From Octopus bimaculoides (Eukaryota): 61,688 nt of DNA. Below are positions 39,701 to 53,300 of this stretch, piece by piece. A model generated the notes under the pieces. The model saw only the letters and a program-made list of their open reading frames with translations, was not told the origin of the DNA and made no database searches. A program made the position numbers and the translations under genes. The stretch is taken from assembly GCF_001194135.2 (NCBI RefSeq), contig NC_068987.1, forward strand, positions 98,609,578 through 98,671,265, read 5' to 3'. Positions within the stretch are counted from its first letter, which is position 1. The number at the start of each line of letters is the position of its first letter.

Positions 39701-40925
39701 CAGACATGTGCCATCCTAAATAGATTTATTCCTGACGCAAAGAATTATAGTAAGGGTAAGTGTATAAACTAGTATGGGTGGTTCCAGATTAAAGCTTTCG
39801 TTAGGATTGATCATCAATATTTGGAGGATTATTTCGGTTTAATCTTCTCAGGTTAGCATCTGCTCGCTGGTTAGAATAGAAATCCATCTATCGGAACCGT
39901 TCTATAACATTTGTTCGGAATAAGGGTGTCGGCAACAATCATAGTGGCTGGTCTGTTCCAAAGGAATTTCTTTCCAGGGCCAAGAGATAATAATCCAGAA
40001 ATCTCTGGATTTGCTGTACTAGCGGGGAACATCACCGGTCCAGGATAAACTATACGTGCCTACACAAGATTCTGTGCATAGCAATGTAACCGACCTGCTA
40101 ACGTTTCTCCAGTGCCGAACATTGCTGATTTGTATCGTTCTTTTCTTGTTTCTTTTGCTTCTTACTCTGCTTCACATAGGGTTCGCCCGAAACGCTTGTT
40201 TCTTTTTCTTTTCATTTTGTGAGCATTCAATTCTCTTTGCACAACTTTTATTGCTTAATTCGTCGTATTTTTATTATTTTTTTATTATTATTTTTTATTT
40301 TCTGGGGGGAAATGTTATCGTTATTGTAACCTTTCACCTTATCCAATGTCCAAATGTTCGCCTCTGATTCTCCTGCTCCCATATATATATATANNNNNNN
40401 NNNNNNNNNNNNNNNNNNNNNNNNNNNNNNNNNNNNNNNNNNNNNNNNNNNNNNNNNNNNNNNNNNNNNNNNNNNNNNNNNNNNNNNNNNNNNNNNNNNN
40501 NNNNNNNNNNNNNNNNNNNNNNNNNNNNNNNNNNNNNNNNNNNNNNNNNNNNNNNNNNNNNNNNNNNNNNNNNNNNNNNNNNNNNNNNNNNNNNNNNNNN
40601 NNNNNNNNNNNNNNNNNNNNNNNNNNNNNNNNNNNNNNNNNNNNNNNNNNNNNNNNNNNNNNNNNNNNNNNNNNNNNNNNNNNNNNNNNNNNNNNNNNNN
40701 NNNNNNNNNNNNNNNNNNNNNNNNNNNNNNNNNNNNNNNNNNNNNNNNNNNNNNNNNNNNNNNNNNNNNNNNNNNNNNNNNNNNNNNNNNNNNNNNNNNN
40801 NNNNNNNNNNNNNNNNNNATATATATACTTTTTTTATTAAAGCCGAAAAGATCTTGAAAGCATCTTGTAAAGATCTTGGTATTCGAGCACTTTTTTTTCT
40901 ACTTTGTTTTGCCTTTATGAGATTA

Positions 40926-40961
<36 letters not shown>

Positions 40962-41752
40962 CCTGTATGCATATATATATGCATGCATGCACATAGATAC
41001 ACCCACACATAAATAGCGCACGGCAATTTTCTACCCAGTGTCAGGAAGAAACAACATTGATTCTATTCCTACCCTCTTGTTGTTGTTGTGGCCTAGACTT
41101 TGGCTATGCTCATTAAGTAGAACTACAATCAGAACTATGATCAAACACGTTCAAATCATAACAAGACGATTTCCTCTGTAGAATTTCCCAAACTCTACTT
41201 TATCCAATGTATGGTTTCATTTGAACTGTTAGGGGTAATTTGTAGTCAATCTGACTCACTTTTCAGACAGAGTGACTGCATAGTAATTCCAATGTTAATT
41301 AGGACATTTTCACTTAAGCAGAAAAGCGAAGTTACAAGTCTAAGACAGATCTTAAGAATGATTATCGAATACTGGAGACGGAGGCATTTCGGAAGAAATG
41401 TTCTCTTGTTTTAGTGATTTAGTGTAAAATAAGTTTGTACATTGTACAATGTTAAAGTTTAACTGAAAATTCTAAAGTAATTACTTAAAGTTATTGTCTT
41501 ATCAACGAGCTGTTTGTTATAGGAACTGCTCCTCATAAGTACAAATGGATAAATATAAATACACAAACGCAATACAGATACAAGCAATCATGTGTACGAT
41601 ACGAACACTTACATATATGATACTTAGAAACGTACATTCTGTATATGCATATATATATGTGTGTGTGTGTGTGTGACTGCTAGTTATGCAAATATATTAC
41701 ATCATGTTATCTTGATGTATGAATCTAACGATCGCGAACCATCCTATAAAAC

Positions 41753-41847
<95 letters not shown>

Positions 41848-42864
41848 CACTCACCCATGTTTTCTTCTGTGTACATAGATACACACACGAAAACATATCC
41901 AAATATAACAACAAACATTTATTCTCTCTCTCTCTCTCTATCTCTTTCACGCACACACTTGCATACACAGGCGCAAGTACACATATACACGTATACATAA
42001 AAAAATATACACACACATCTCTACTAAATCTATCTTTGTTTTTGCGTTTGAATATATAAATCTAATCTTTCCGCTAATGACCAACATGGCGTCCAAATAA
42101 CTTTTACTTTTAACAACCATACTTAACATAGTTTGATAAAGCGATTACCTTATTACTGTTGTTCTTCGCGTTGTTACTCTTTCTATTGTTGATTTTCATA
42201 TTATTATCGTCTTACTATTGTATCATTATTATTATTATTATTATTATTACTATTATTATTAGAGCTATTTTTGATAATATTGTTATTACATTTTATAGTT
42301 TTCTTATTTTCTGTTATTGTATTATTGTTATTACGTTTTTTAAAATGTTTTTGTTGCTAGTGTCGGTAATAGAAGTGGTGGTGGTGATTGTGTTGTTCTT
42401 ATCAGTATTGATGCTGTTATTGTTTTTGTTGTTGTTGTTGTTGTTGCTCTTGTTGTTGTTTTAGTTTAGTTTAGTCGTTTATCTTGCCACTAAAATGCCG
42501 GATGTTTTGATTAATGGAAACCTCTTCACATTTATTGTGTAGTCAATAGCGGTAGCAGTGTACCATCAACACAAGCAACTACTAACATGAATGAATAAGC
42601 TGAACAGTAAGATTATCGAAAAAATATTTACTCCAACAATAACAACGACAACAACAACAACAACAACAACAAAAACAAATTGCTAACAAAACATGATTAG
42701 AAACTATATGTACAACAGTCTCAATTCACACATCTCTCCCGCCACCGCCATTAGCAACATCAACAGAACTGGCATCACTATTACCGTTCGCTTCTTCAGC
42801 AAATTCCTTTTTGTCCTCGTAATCAACATCATCAGCATTACCCTCCTCGGCAATCATCACAATG

Positions 42865-43111
42865 GTGATGATGATGATGATCGTCATCAATGTTCGACTT
42901 TTCGTCATCATCACCGATATACTTCATCGTCACCACGGTCATCTTCATTATCATCATCATCATCACCATCATCATCATAACCATCATTATCATCATCATC
43001 ATTACCATGACCAACACGACCAATATCCTCATCAACATCACCACCATCAGCACGACCATCACCTACACCATCCTCATCATCATCATAACCACCGCCAACA
43101 CCACCACCACT

Positions 43112-43142
<31 letters not shown>

Positions 43143-43270
43143 TCACCATCATCATTATCATAGTCATCATCATCATCGTCATCATCGTAATAAAGCGTAA
43201 CAAATGCCACAAAAGCAACAAAAACAACAGCAATAAGAAAAGCAACAACCGCAGCTTCAACAACAAAAAA
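42865..43270. repeat. (CAT/CAC)n then (CAA)n trinucleotide tract
   Basis: Source of the poly-His, poly-Asp and poly-Ile ORFs. Confidence 0.9.
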
Positions 43271-44111
43271 AAAACAAGAACAAGAACAGCAACAACAACA
43301 ATTCTAGGATCAGTAGTTAAGTTGATAAAATCAAAACACAAACTCTACCAAAGAATGAGATTTGAAGAAAATACTATCGAATATAATAAAGTGTACAAAA
43401 AAACTTAGAAAAGCAACACAGTAGTATAACAACACCAACAACAACAACATCAAGAAAAACAGTAATAAAAATAACATTAACAATAACAATTATAACAAAA
43501 AGAATTAGAGTAAAATGAGATAAAATCTAACGCAAATTTAGAAAAAAGAAAACGCAAAAATAAGTATACGGTCGGGCGCGGGCGCGCGCGCACACACACA
43601 CATGCACACATGCAACACGCATGCACACAACCTACCCAAAACACAGATATACATACACACACACATAGACGAAGAAACGGGGTCTGTTTGAAGAGTAACA
43701 TCGTTGCAACCTACTGTATGATGCATGTATCTTGGTAGTCTGTTATGCATGTATGCATTTATGCATTCATGTATATGTATCTATGTATGCATACATATAT
43801 ATGTGTTTTTTTTTGTGTGTGTGTATGTACATAAACAAGACACATTGAAACACGTTGGATAAGACAGATAGCCTTTACATATTAACAGATCAGAGCACTC
43901 TCACACATGCGTTGAATTATTCATATAAGCACATTCATGAATACATGCATGTGCATATACACACTAACCTACATGTGTGGATGCATATAAGCACACACAC
44001 AAATATATATACGCATATAAATACCTAATGTTCAAATACGAATGCATGCTCGCCTATTTACGATTAACTTTACGTATAGAAGCTTCAAGAAAAGATATTG
44101 AATTTATATAT

Positions 44112-44168
<57 letters not shown>

Positions 44169-44642
44169 NNNNNNNNNNNNNNNNNNNNNNNNNNNNNNNN
44201 NNNNNNNNNNNNNNNNNNNNNNNNNNNNNNNNNNNNNNNNNNNNNNNNNNNNNNNNNNNNNNNNNNNNNNNNNNNNNNNNNNNNNNNNNNNNNNNNNNNN
44301 NNNNNNNNNNNNNNNNNNNNNNNNNNNNNNNNNNNNNNNNNNNNNNNNNNNNNNNNNNNNNNNNNNNNNNNNNNNNNNNNNNNNNNNNNNNNNNNNNNNN
44401 NNNNNNNNNNNNNNNNNNNNNNNNNNNNNNNNNNNNNNNNNNNNNNNNNNNNNNNNNNNNNNNNNNNNNNNNNNNNNNNNNNNNNNNNNNNNNNNNNNNN
44501 NNNNNNNNNNNNNNNNNNNNNNNNNNNNNNNNNNNNNNNNNNNNNNNNNNNNNNNNNNNNNNNNNNNNNNNNNNNNNNNNNNNNNNNNNNNNNNNNNNNN
44601 NNNNNNNNNNNNNNNNNNNNNNNNNNNNNNNNNNNNNNNNNN

Positions 44643-44683
<41 letters not shown>

Positions 44684-44699
44684 AATGAATGACGTTTTT

Positions 44700-44968
44700 T
44701 TTCTCCGTTTTATTTCCCCACTCCTTCCTGTCGAAGAGCGTAGGCTCGAAACGTCAAAGACATTTCTATTTTTGCTGAGTGTCAAACCAATATGCCTTGT
44801 CTCTGTTGTTCCTTCACTTAATTCCGTCTTTTTTTTGTTTTGTACATTTGCACCATTATATATGTATATATATAATCCAAGAGATTTAGAGGTTGTGAAT
44901 CCAACCCACTAAGGGATAATATCTACCCAATAAACTGCTGGGAGGGTACCTAATTATTATTACACTAG
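44700..44968 (+). mobile_element. Penelope-like element fragment with hammerhead-like motif (tentative)
   Basis: CTGTCGA-A-GAGC-GTAG-GCTC-GAAACGTC at 44728-44755; module 44880-44968 recurs inverted at 49675-49763. Confidence 0.5.
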
Positions 44969-46256
44969 ATAAATATATTCAGATATGTTGAATATATACT
45001 GCATGAGAAAGTGTAACAGAGAGAGAGAGAGAGAGAGAGATAGTCAAATTGCTTAATGGTACTACTTTTGTCTGAATTGTTTGGAAGCTGGGATTAAAAT
45101 GAAGAGTACACTAGGGAGAAAACCAGAGCGGTCTGTTTGCCCAGAATACCTTATTGTTAAAATTTATCATATATTTTGTAAATTTAATAATTATTGTCAC
45201 CAACTTCACTAAAACCATGAACTTCCTCATTGGAGGTCGTCAACATCATCTAACCCTCCTCCTCCTCCTCCTCCTCCTTATCATCATCATCATCATCATC
45301 ATCATCACCATCGTCATAACCGTTGTCGTCGGAATTGACATCGTCGACATCAACATCATCAACATGAGAAACATCAGAGAAAACGTCATCATCACCACTA
45401 TACTACCACCACCTGCAGCAGCAGCAGCACCACCACTACTACTACAACCACCATCGTCATCAGTAACATCATCGTCATAATCCTTATCATCATCACCATC
45501 ATCGACTTCATGACTGCCCTTAGAACCACCGACGTCATCGTCGTCATTATCGTCAATATCACTATCATCATCATCAGAACCCTTTGTAAATAAAACCTTC
45601 ATCGAATTACCATCAATTTGAAAGATTAGTTGCAGCATCGGTTAAATGCATTGCCGTATTTACTCTAGCACTTTTTTTTGTTTTGAGTTCAACTTCCGGC
45701 TAAAACGGAAGTTTGCCATTCAAAATTGCAGGCTTCTAGGCACTCGGCCAGATATTTGAGAAGAATGAAGAATGAGGGTTTTTAAAACCCGGAAGTTTGC
45801 GGGATCGATAAGTTTCATTTTTCCGTCTCAAATATTTTACCTTGTGCCTATGGTAAAGCTGTTTGTGCATAACTCCACAATAGTTAGTAATGGGCCCAGG
45901 GTAGGGCCTTAGTAATTACAATTAAGAAAATCTTTGTCTGAAGCTGATTCTAGCCGCTGCTGAACATGGTGATAGTCTATCTTACATTCGTATGATATCA
46001 CTTTCTGCACTTGCCAAACGCTCTCCATCCATAAGAGTGCAGTGAGATGTGCATCAGAAAAGACAAAACGGATGAAGAGACAGCGCGTGTGCAGCTGACA
46101 CTAAACATTATACTCACGAGATTCAGCTAAATTTGAGCCAAAAACAAAGAAAGTTAAAGACAAAAGTGTGAGCTCGAGCTGGAGGTAGCTTATAGACCTA
46201 TGCGTCCCATAACGTAGTACGAACAAAGGCTTCGCATCTCTTTCTCTCTTTATCTA

Positions 46257-46293
<37 letters not shown>

Positions 46294-46396
46294 ATGTCTC
46301 CACCTCTCTCTCTTTATCTATCTATCTGTCTGTCTGTCTGTCTGTACCTCTCTCTTTATCTGTCTGTCTGTCTGTCTGTCTATCTTTGTTTCTCTG

Positions 46397-46470
<74 letters not shown>

Positions 46471-46520
46471 CTCATACAAACACACACTAACCTACTCACA
46501 GACACACACCTACACACACA

Positions 46521-46745
46521 TTTTTTTACCTGTTTAATCATTTTTGAATATGGCCATGCTGTAGCACCACCTTAAATGTTTTCTATTCGAAGCAATCGAC
46601 CCCACGACTTATTCCTTGTAAGCCAAGTGCTTGTTCTATCGGTGTCTTTCGCCGAATCACTAAGTTATAGGGACGTAAACGCACCAACATCGGTTGTCAA
46701 GTGATGGTGAGGGCACAAATGAAAGCATAAACACGCACACACATA
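46521..46745 (-). mobile_element. 3' half of SINE family D
   Basis: Aligns to 29745-29960 (ATGGCCATGCTG..CTAAGTTATAGGGACGTAAAC..CATCGGTTG). Confidence 0.8.
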
Positions 46746-46786
46746 TATCGTAGCTGCTTTCTCGTATAAAAGTAAGGCCATTGCTA

Positions 46787-47342
46787 CGAGGGTGAGTAAA
46801 AAAGTAACGGCATTTTGTTTAGGACAGGTATAATTACCAACACAGGAACATGTATCATGCATCAAAATGAAGATGGTCCTCTGTGGATGACATTCATACT
46901 TCTCAACATAGTCTCCGTTTCTCTCAATAACAATGATCCACCTTCGAATGAGAGCATGTATCCCTTCCCCGTAAAATTCTGTTGACTGTTCTTTGAGCCA
47001 TTTCTTCATTACCTCCTCACTCACCAGATTTAGCGCCTTCAGACAATCATCTCTTCGGCGCCACGAAAGAGGGTTTGAGAGGTAAACATTATTCTAGTGA
47101 CGAGGAAGTGAAAACTGTAGTAAAGAAGTGGCTCAAAGATCAGTCAACAGAATCTTACGGGGCAGGGATACATGCTCTCATTCGAAGGTGGAACATTGCT
47201 ATTGAGATAAACGGTGACTATGTTGAGAAGTAGGGATGTGATTCCCAGAGGGCCAGCTTCATTTTGATGTATGATACATGTTCCTGTGTTGGTAATTATA
47301 CCTGTCCTAAACAAAATAGCTTTACTTTTTGACTCACTCTCG
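46787..47342. mobile_element. Near-palindromic mariner MITE made of two 3' ends
   Basis: TA on both sides (46785-46786, 47343-47344); arms 46787-47021 and 47096-47342 are inverted copies; plus strand 47021-47233 reads SPDLAPSDNHLFGATKEGLRGKHYSSDEEVKTVVKKWLKDQSTESYGAGIHALIRRWNIAIEINGDYVEK-stop, the mariner transposase C-terminus from the YSPDL motif. Confidence 0.92.
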
Positions 47343-47354
47343 TAGAAAAAAAAT

Positions 47355-47655
47355 CACTGAAATGAGTCATTGTTGATGCAATTTGAGGCCCTTGTATGAG
47401 TCTTGAATCCGGCGTTAGATTTGCATATTCTATTACATAATGCACAGCTGTACTGGCTAGCAGAGAAAACAAGTGCCACAGTATGAACTCTTTTGATATA
47501 CCTTATCAATCCTCCAACACCTTTCCACAGGTTGCACATGTTCTGTTGTGAGCGATATCACAATTGACAATGGGTTGATTCCTGTGACTTTTCTAATGGC
47601 TGACCAGGCCTGTACGACTCAATCATATCCTCCCACAAATAACACACATAAAAAG
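47355..47655 (-). pseudogene. RTE-like LINE ORF C-terminus with three degenerate C2H2-like fingers
   Basis: FMCVICGRI*LSRTGLVSH*KSH, then RTCATCGKV (frameshift) GGLIRYIKRVH, then YSCALCNRICKSNAGFKTHTRA; no TGEKP linkers. Confidence 0.6.
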
Positions 47656-48584
47656 TAACATTCCCTCATTTTCCACAGGTTCATATTACAAAAATACATA
47701 CATACATACATACATACATACATGTANNNNNNNNNNNNNNNNNNNNNNNNNNNNNNNNNNNNNNNNNNNNNNNNNNNNNNNNNNNNNNNNNNNNNNNNNN
47801 NNNNNNNNNNNNNNNNNNNNNNNNNNNNNNNNNNNNNNNNNNNNNNNNNNNNNNNNNNNNNNNNNNNNNNNNNNNNNNNNNNNNNNNNNNNNNNNNNNNN
47901 NNNNNNNNNNNNNNNNNNNNNNNNNNNNNNNNNNNNNNNNNNNNNNNNNNNNNNNNNNNNNNNNNNNNNNNNNNNNNNNNNNNNNNNNNNNNNNNNNNNN
48001 NNNNNNNNNNNNNNNNNNNNNNNNNNNNNNNNNNNNNNNNNNNNNNNNNNNNNNNNNNNNNNNNNNNNNNNNNNNNNNNNNNNNNNNNNNNNNNNNNNNN
48101 NNNNNNNNNNNNNNNNNNNNNNNNNNNNNNNNNNNNNNNNNNNNNNNNNNNNNNNNNNNNNNNNNNNNNNNNNNNNNNNNNNNNNNNNNNNNNNNNNNNN
48201 NNNNNNNNNNNNNNNNNNNNNNNNNNNNNNNNNNNNNNNTGCTTACAGAAATAAGGCGAATAACTGGATAATGCACCGGTCGAAATATTAAATACTTCTC
48301 TAATGAAACTTTTGCATTATATATATTTATAGCTGTGTGTGTGTGTGTGTGTGTGTCTGTGTGTGTACGCATGCGTGCGCGCACAGGGTTATTGTATTCC
48401 AGTTAGGGAATAAATTATTCTCAATGACTTGTTTGTGATGGCAATGGTCAACAGATTAGTTGTTCTGATGGTAGTCATTGTGATTGCATCGGTTGCTTTG
48501 TTACCAGTAATAAGAGTCTTAATGTTCATAATACCTTTACACCTAGAAGTGGGCGTAACAATAAGTGACAGTAGTGTAGTAGGA

Positions 48585-48740
48585 GTAGAGTAGTAGTAAT
48601 GGCAGATGTAGTAACAGCCGTACTGGTAGTGATTGTAGTAAGAATATTAGTAGTAGTAGGAGGAGGAGGAGGAGAAAGAGTAGAACTATTAGTAGTAGTT
48701 GTAGTAGTAGCAGAGGCTGCAGTTTCAGCAGTAGTTGTGA

Positions 48741-48779
<39 letters not shown>

Positions 48780-48874
48780 GAAGGAGAAGAGGAAGAGGAG
48801 GAGCAGATGTTATAGTAACAGTAGTAGTTGCAGCTTTAGTAGTAGTAGTAGGAGGAGGAGGAAGCGGAGAAATT

Positions 48875-48916
<42 letters not shown>

Positions 48917-48945
48917 TTTGTTGTATTATTATTATTAGTAGTAGT
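48585..48945. repeat. (AGT/GGA)n trinucleotide tract
   Basis: Direct inspection; similar tracts at 3690-3825 and 4768-4988, and a (CAT)n tract at 45245-45575. Confidence 0.9.
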
Positions 48946-49349
48946 TTAAATATTAGCCGACGCTTATGAACCATGGAATTCGAGCTCGAACAGAAGAAAC
49001 AAAGAGAAGTATTTTTCTACGAATCCACCAACAAAGGATGGAGTTTTCATTGATTAAGTATAAACAAAGAATGACAGAATAAACGAACGTAGAAAATAAT
49101 AGGTAATGAACGGATTGAGAAAGGAATGGAAGAATAGAAGAATGGAAAGACGAAATAATTATTCAAGAATTAGAAATAAAAATGTTTTCCAATTCATCAC
49201 CATCGATATCATCATCAACCTCATCATCATTATCATCATCATCATCTACTGCTGCTGCGGCAACCGTAATTGCATGGTACTGGATGTCCGCCATCAACGT
49301 TATTATGTAAATGTATGTATGTATGTATGTATGTATGTATGTATGTAGT

Positions 49350-49478
49350 AAATCTCAAAAAGAACAAACACAAAAAAGGACGTGGTACATGTAATGTATT
49401 AGCAGACGCTCAGGAAAGGAAAGAAAGATGACTTAACGTTTCGAGCAGACGCTCTTCTTCGGAGACAGAGGAAAGACC
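49350..49478 (-). mobile_element. Second Penelope-like fragment with hammerhead-like motif (tentative)
   Basis: Minus strand CCGAAGA-A-GAGC-GTCT-GCTC-GAAACGTT; embedded between two (TATG)n tracts. Confidence 0.5.
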
Positions 49479-50234
49479 GTATGTATGTATGTATGTATGT
49501 ATCTATCTATCTATCTATCTACCCATGCATACATACAAACATATAAACATATATGAATAAATGCAGCCTGTATTTGTACATATATATATATATATATCAT
49601 TTTCTAATTGTTACACAAATTTTGGGTAAAACCTCCACTTTTACCCGCTCCCATTGATTGCACCTAGTATAGCACTAGTGTAGCAATAATTGGGTACCCT
49701 CCCAGCAGTATACTGGATAGATACTATCCCTTAGTGGGTTGTACCCCCAACCCCTAACTCTCTCACGTTATATATATATATATATATATATATATATNNN
49801 NNNNNNNNNNNNNNNNNNNNNNNNNNNNNNNNNNNNNNNNNNNNNNNNNNNNNNNNNNNNNNNNNNNNNNNNNNNNNNNNNNNNNNNNNNNNNNNNNNNN
49901 NNNNNNNNNNNNNNNNNNNNNNNNNNNNNNNNNNNNNNNNNNNNNNNNNNNNNNNNNNNNNNNNNNNNNNNNNNNNNNNNNNNNNNNNNNNNNNNNNNNN
50001 NNNNNNNNNNNNNNNNNNNNNNNNNNNNNNNNNNNNNNNNNNNNNNNNNNNNNNNNNNNNNNNNNNNNNNNNNNNNNNNNNNNNNNNNNNNNNNNNNNNN
50101 NNNNNNNNNNNNNNNNNNNNNNNNNNNNNNNNNNNNNNNNNNNNNNNNNNNNNNNNNNNNNNNNNNNNNNNNNNNNNNNNNNNNNNNNNNNNNNNNNNNN
50201 NNNNNNNNNNNNNNNNNNNNNNNNNNNNNNNNNN

Positions 50235-50376
50235 CAGTTTCCGTCTACCAAATCCACTCACAAGGCTTTGGTCGGCCCGAGGCTATAGTAGAAGACACTT
50301 GCCCAAGGTGCCACGCAGTGGGACTGAACCCAGAACCATGTGGTTGTTAAGCAAGCTACTTACCACACAGCCACTC
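50235..50376 (-). mobile_element. SINE family D head and core (rest lost in the gap)
   Basis: Near-identical to 29997-30136. Confidence 0.9.
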
Positions 50377-53300
50377 ATATATATATATACAAGCTAAGTA
50401 TTCTTACAATATTGGCCCTGGTCGGGCGATGTGGATGAATTTGATTGGCAGAAACTGTGTTGAAACCCGTCGTGTATAATCAAAACAGCACCATACACAC
50501 ACACAAACATATACACGCATGAATAAATTACGTCGTATGTTATTTGACATACCTGCACTTATGTATGGTATTCAACTACATGTCACTTGTCATTTTGAAT
50601 TATTCCCCTTAGATCATTCTTTCTTTAAATTAAATAAATTACCTGAGAACTAAATGTTTCTAATTTGTTTATTGGCTACTAAAGCTAAATTCGTGCATTT
50701 GTCTTGATGATGATGATAGTAATGTAGAGTCAGAAATACGTGTCCATGCCTTTTCTCTTATCTCCAAACCATAAAACTCTCCTTTTACATAAAGGCAAAA
50801 TATTCGATGCTAGAGATTATCTCCCATTCGCCAGTAGAGCTATCTTAATAGCCATTTGGTTATATGCTGCATACTTAAGAGATAATTTTAATAAATCAGG
50901 TTGCATGGTATTTGATATACCTGTATTTGACTAAGCTAATCAAATACACACCAGTCCAGTGTAACCTTTGAATTATTTTCCCAGCTCATTTTGTGCTTAT
51001 ATATATATATATTATATTATATTATTATTTGATTGAACACCACGCATCCATTTCCAAGTAAGTTTATGCTTATATGTATAGAAAGATAGATAAATAGATA
51101 GATAGATAGATAGACAGAGAGAGAGAGAGAGGGGGGGTGAGAGAGAGAGATGTCCATCCTTCTATTTATCTACCTATCTACCCGCCTACCTACACACACA
51201 CATGATTTTCTCATGCAAAGTTAAGACGATTGTCAGTATCTCTAATTGGAATGTAGACTTATAAGACTTGTAGATAACCGTTCCACACGAATCCCTTCGT
51301 AGCTTTGTTTGTGTGTATGAAATTTCTGGTTTCTCTTTCTCGCTCTTTATTTCTCTCTCTCTCTCCCTCTTTCTATGAATATATATATGTATANNNNNNN
51401 NNNNNNNNNNNNNNNNNNNNNNNNNNNNNNNNNNNNNNNNNNNNNNNNNNNNNNNNNNNNNNNNNNNNNNNNNNNNNNNNNNNNNNNNNNNNNNNNNNNN
51501 NNNNNNNNNNNNNNNNNNNNNNNNNNNNNNNNNNNNNNNNNNNNNNNNNNNNNNNNNNNNNNNNNNNNNNNNNNNNNNNNNNNNNNNNNNNNNNNNNNNN
51601 NNNNNNNNNNNNNNNNNNNNNNNNNNNNNNNNNNNNNNNNNNNNNNNNNNNNNNNNNNNNNNNNNNNNNNNNNNNNNNNNNNNNNNNNNNNNNNNNNNNN
51701 NNNNNNNNNNNNNNNNNNNNNNNNNNNNNNNNNNNNNNNNNNNNNNNNNNNNNNNNNNNNNNNNNNNNNNNNNNNNNNNNNNNNNNNNNNNNNNNNNNNN
51801 NNNNNNNNNNNNNNNNNNNNNNNNNNNNNNNNNNNNNNNNNNNNNNNNNNNNNNNNNNNNNNNNNNNNNNNNNNNNNNNNNNNNNNNNNNNNNNNNNNNN
51901 NNNNNNNNNNNNNNNNNNNNNNNNNNNNNNNNNNNNNNNNNNNNNNNNNNNNNNNNNNNNNNNNNNNNNNNNNNNNNNNNNNNNNNNNNNNNNNNNNNNN
52001 NNNNNNNNNNNNNNNNNNNNNNNNNNNNNNNNNNNNNNNNNNNNNNNNNNNNNNNNNNNNNNNNNNNNNNNNNNNNNNNNNNNNNNNNNNNNNNNNNNNN
52101 NNNNNNNNNNNNNNNNNNNNNNNNNNNNNNNNNNNNNNNNNNNNNNNNNNNNNNNNNNNNNNNNNNNNNNNNNNNNNNNNNNNNNNNNNNNNNNNNNNNN
52201 NNNNNNNNNNNNNNNNNNNTATATATATATATATATATATATATCAGGCAGAAACTTCGTAAACTGCATATACAACTGTAGTGGTTGATTCCTATCTTCT
52301 GTCAGCTGCGAAGTGAAATATCTCTGCTTCTTCGTATGATAGACTGATTAGAATAAATAAATAAATATATCAAAGAATGTCGAAATCTCATTGGACACCG
52401 TTTTTCTGCAATTTTTTTTTTTTGGTGGGGGTGGTGAGAAAGGAACAGAGACTGACAAAAAATACTAAATAATTCATACTATCGAATACAGAATAAAACA
52501 AAATTGATATAGAATAACAATATATAGTGTATCCATACATCGTCATTTTGTGCTGTTCGTGCCACTTTAAAACTATTAGAAGTGAAGTAGAAGTGAACTG
52601 ACTGTATATGGTAATCAAAAGTGGATCTGTGTTTCAATTACTGAGATAAAAATCTGTACTCTGAAGCACTCACCGTACATTATTGCCTGTTGATAGATTT
52701 CTGAGACTATGATTTAAAACAGAGCGAACGAGATGGATAAAGCTTACGTATGTGTATGTGCGTGTGTGCGTGTTTGTATATGAGCGGAATAAAGAGTGAT
52801 ATAGAGAGATAGAGAGTGTGTGAGAGAGAGATTTTGAGAGCATAGTGATTCCTTTTCTATACTGAAGCGAAATGCATTTACTCTAATAAATTCTTACAGC
52901 TGCAGAAGACTTTACTCATTGGTATTGACGGACTTACGTCCATCGTCTGGAGACTATGACTAGACTAGTACCAACTGTCTTTTCGGCCTAGGTGGATGAA
53001 ATAGAAATTTGACATGAGTAGTACTAGGAATCTGAATGTGGACGGACGTCAATATGTACTGAAATACGCTTAATAATTTGTTTTGCAGTTTCTCTTCTAT
53101 GACCGTCCATGATTCTAATGACTACTGAAACTGTATCATTAGATATTCAGCTGATTCTAAAACTAATACCACATCTCTACAGTCTCTTACTCTTGAGGAA
53201 TTATAGCATATAATATGCTATACTAACTTTAATCATACAATCTAACCTTCTTCCTCCAAGATTTGTTAATCGCGCCATTAAGAATAATTAACCCTTATTT

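Noticed and set aside
39780-40060. GC-balanced stretch as coding sequence or LINE fragment
   Set aside because: Stops in all frames examined; the longest peptide has no motif I recognise.
42862-43200. His-rich 112-aa ORF (and the antisense Asp/Gly-rich ORF)
   Set aside because: Pure (CAT/CAC)n; homopolymer ORFs appear in several frames on both strands.
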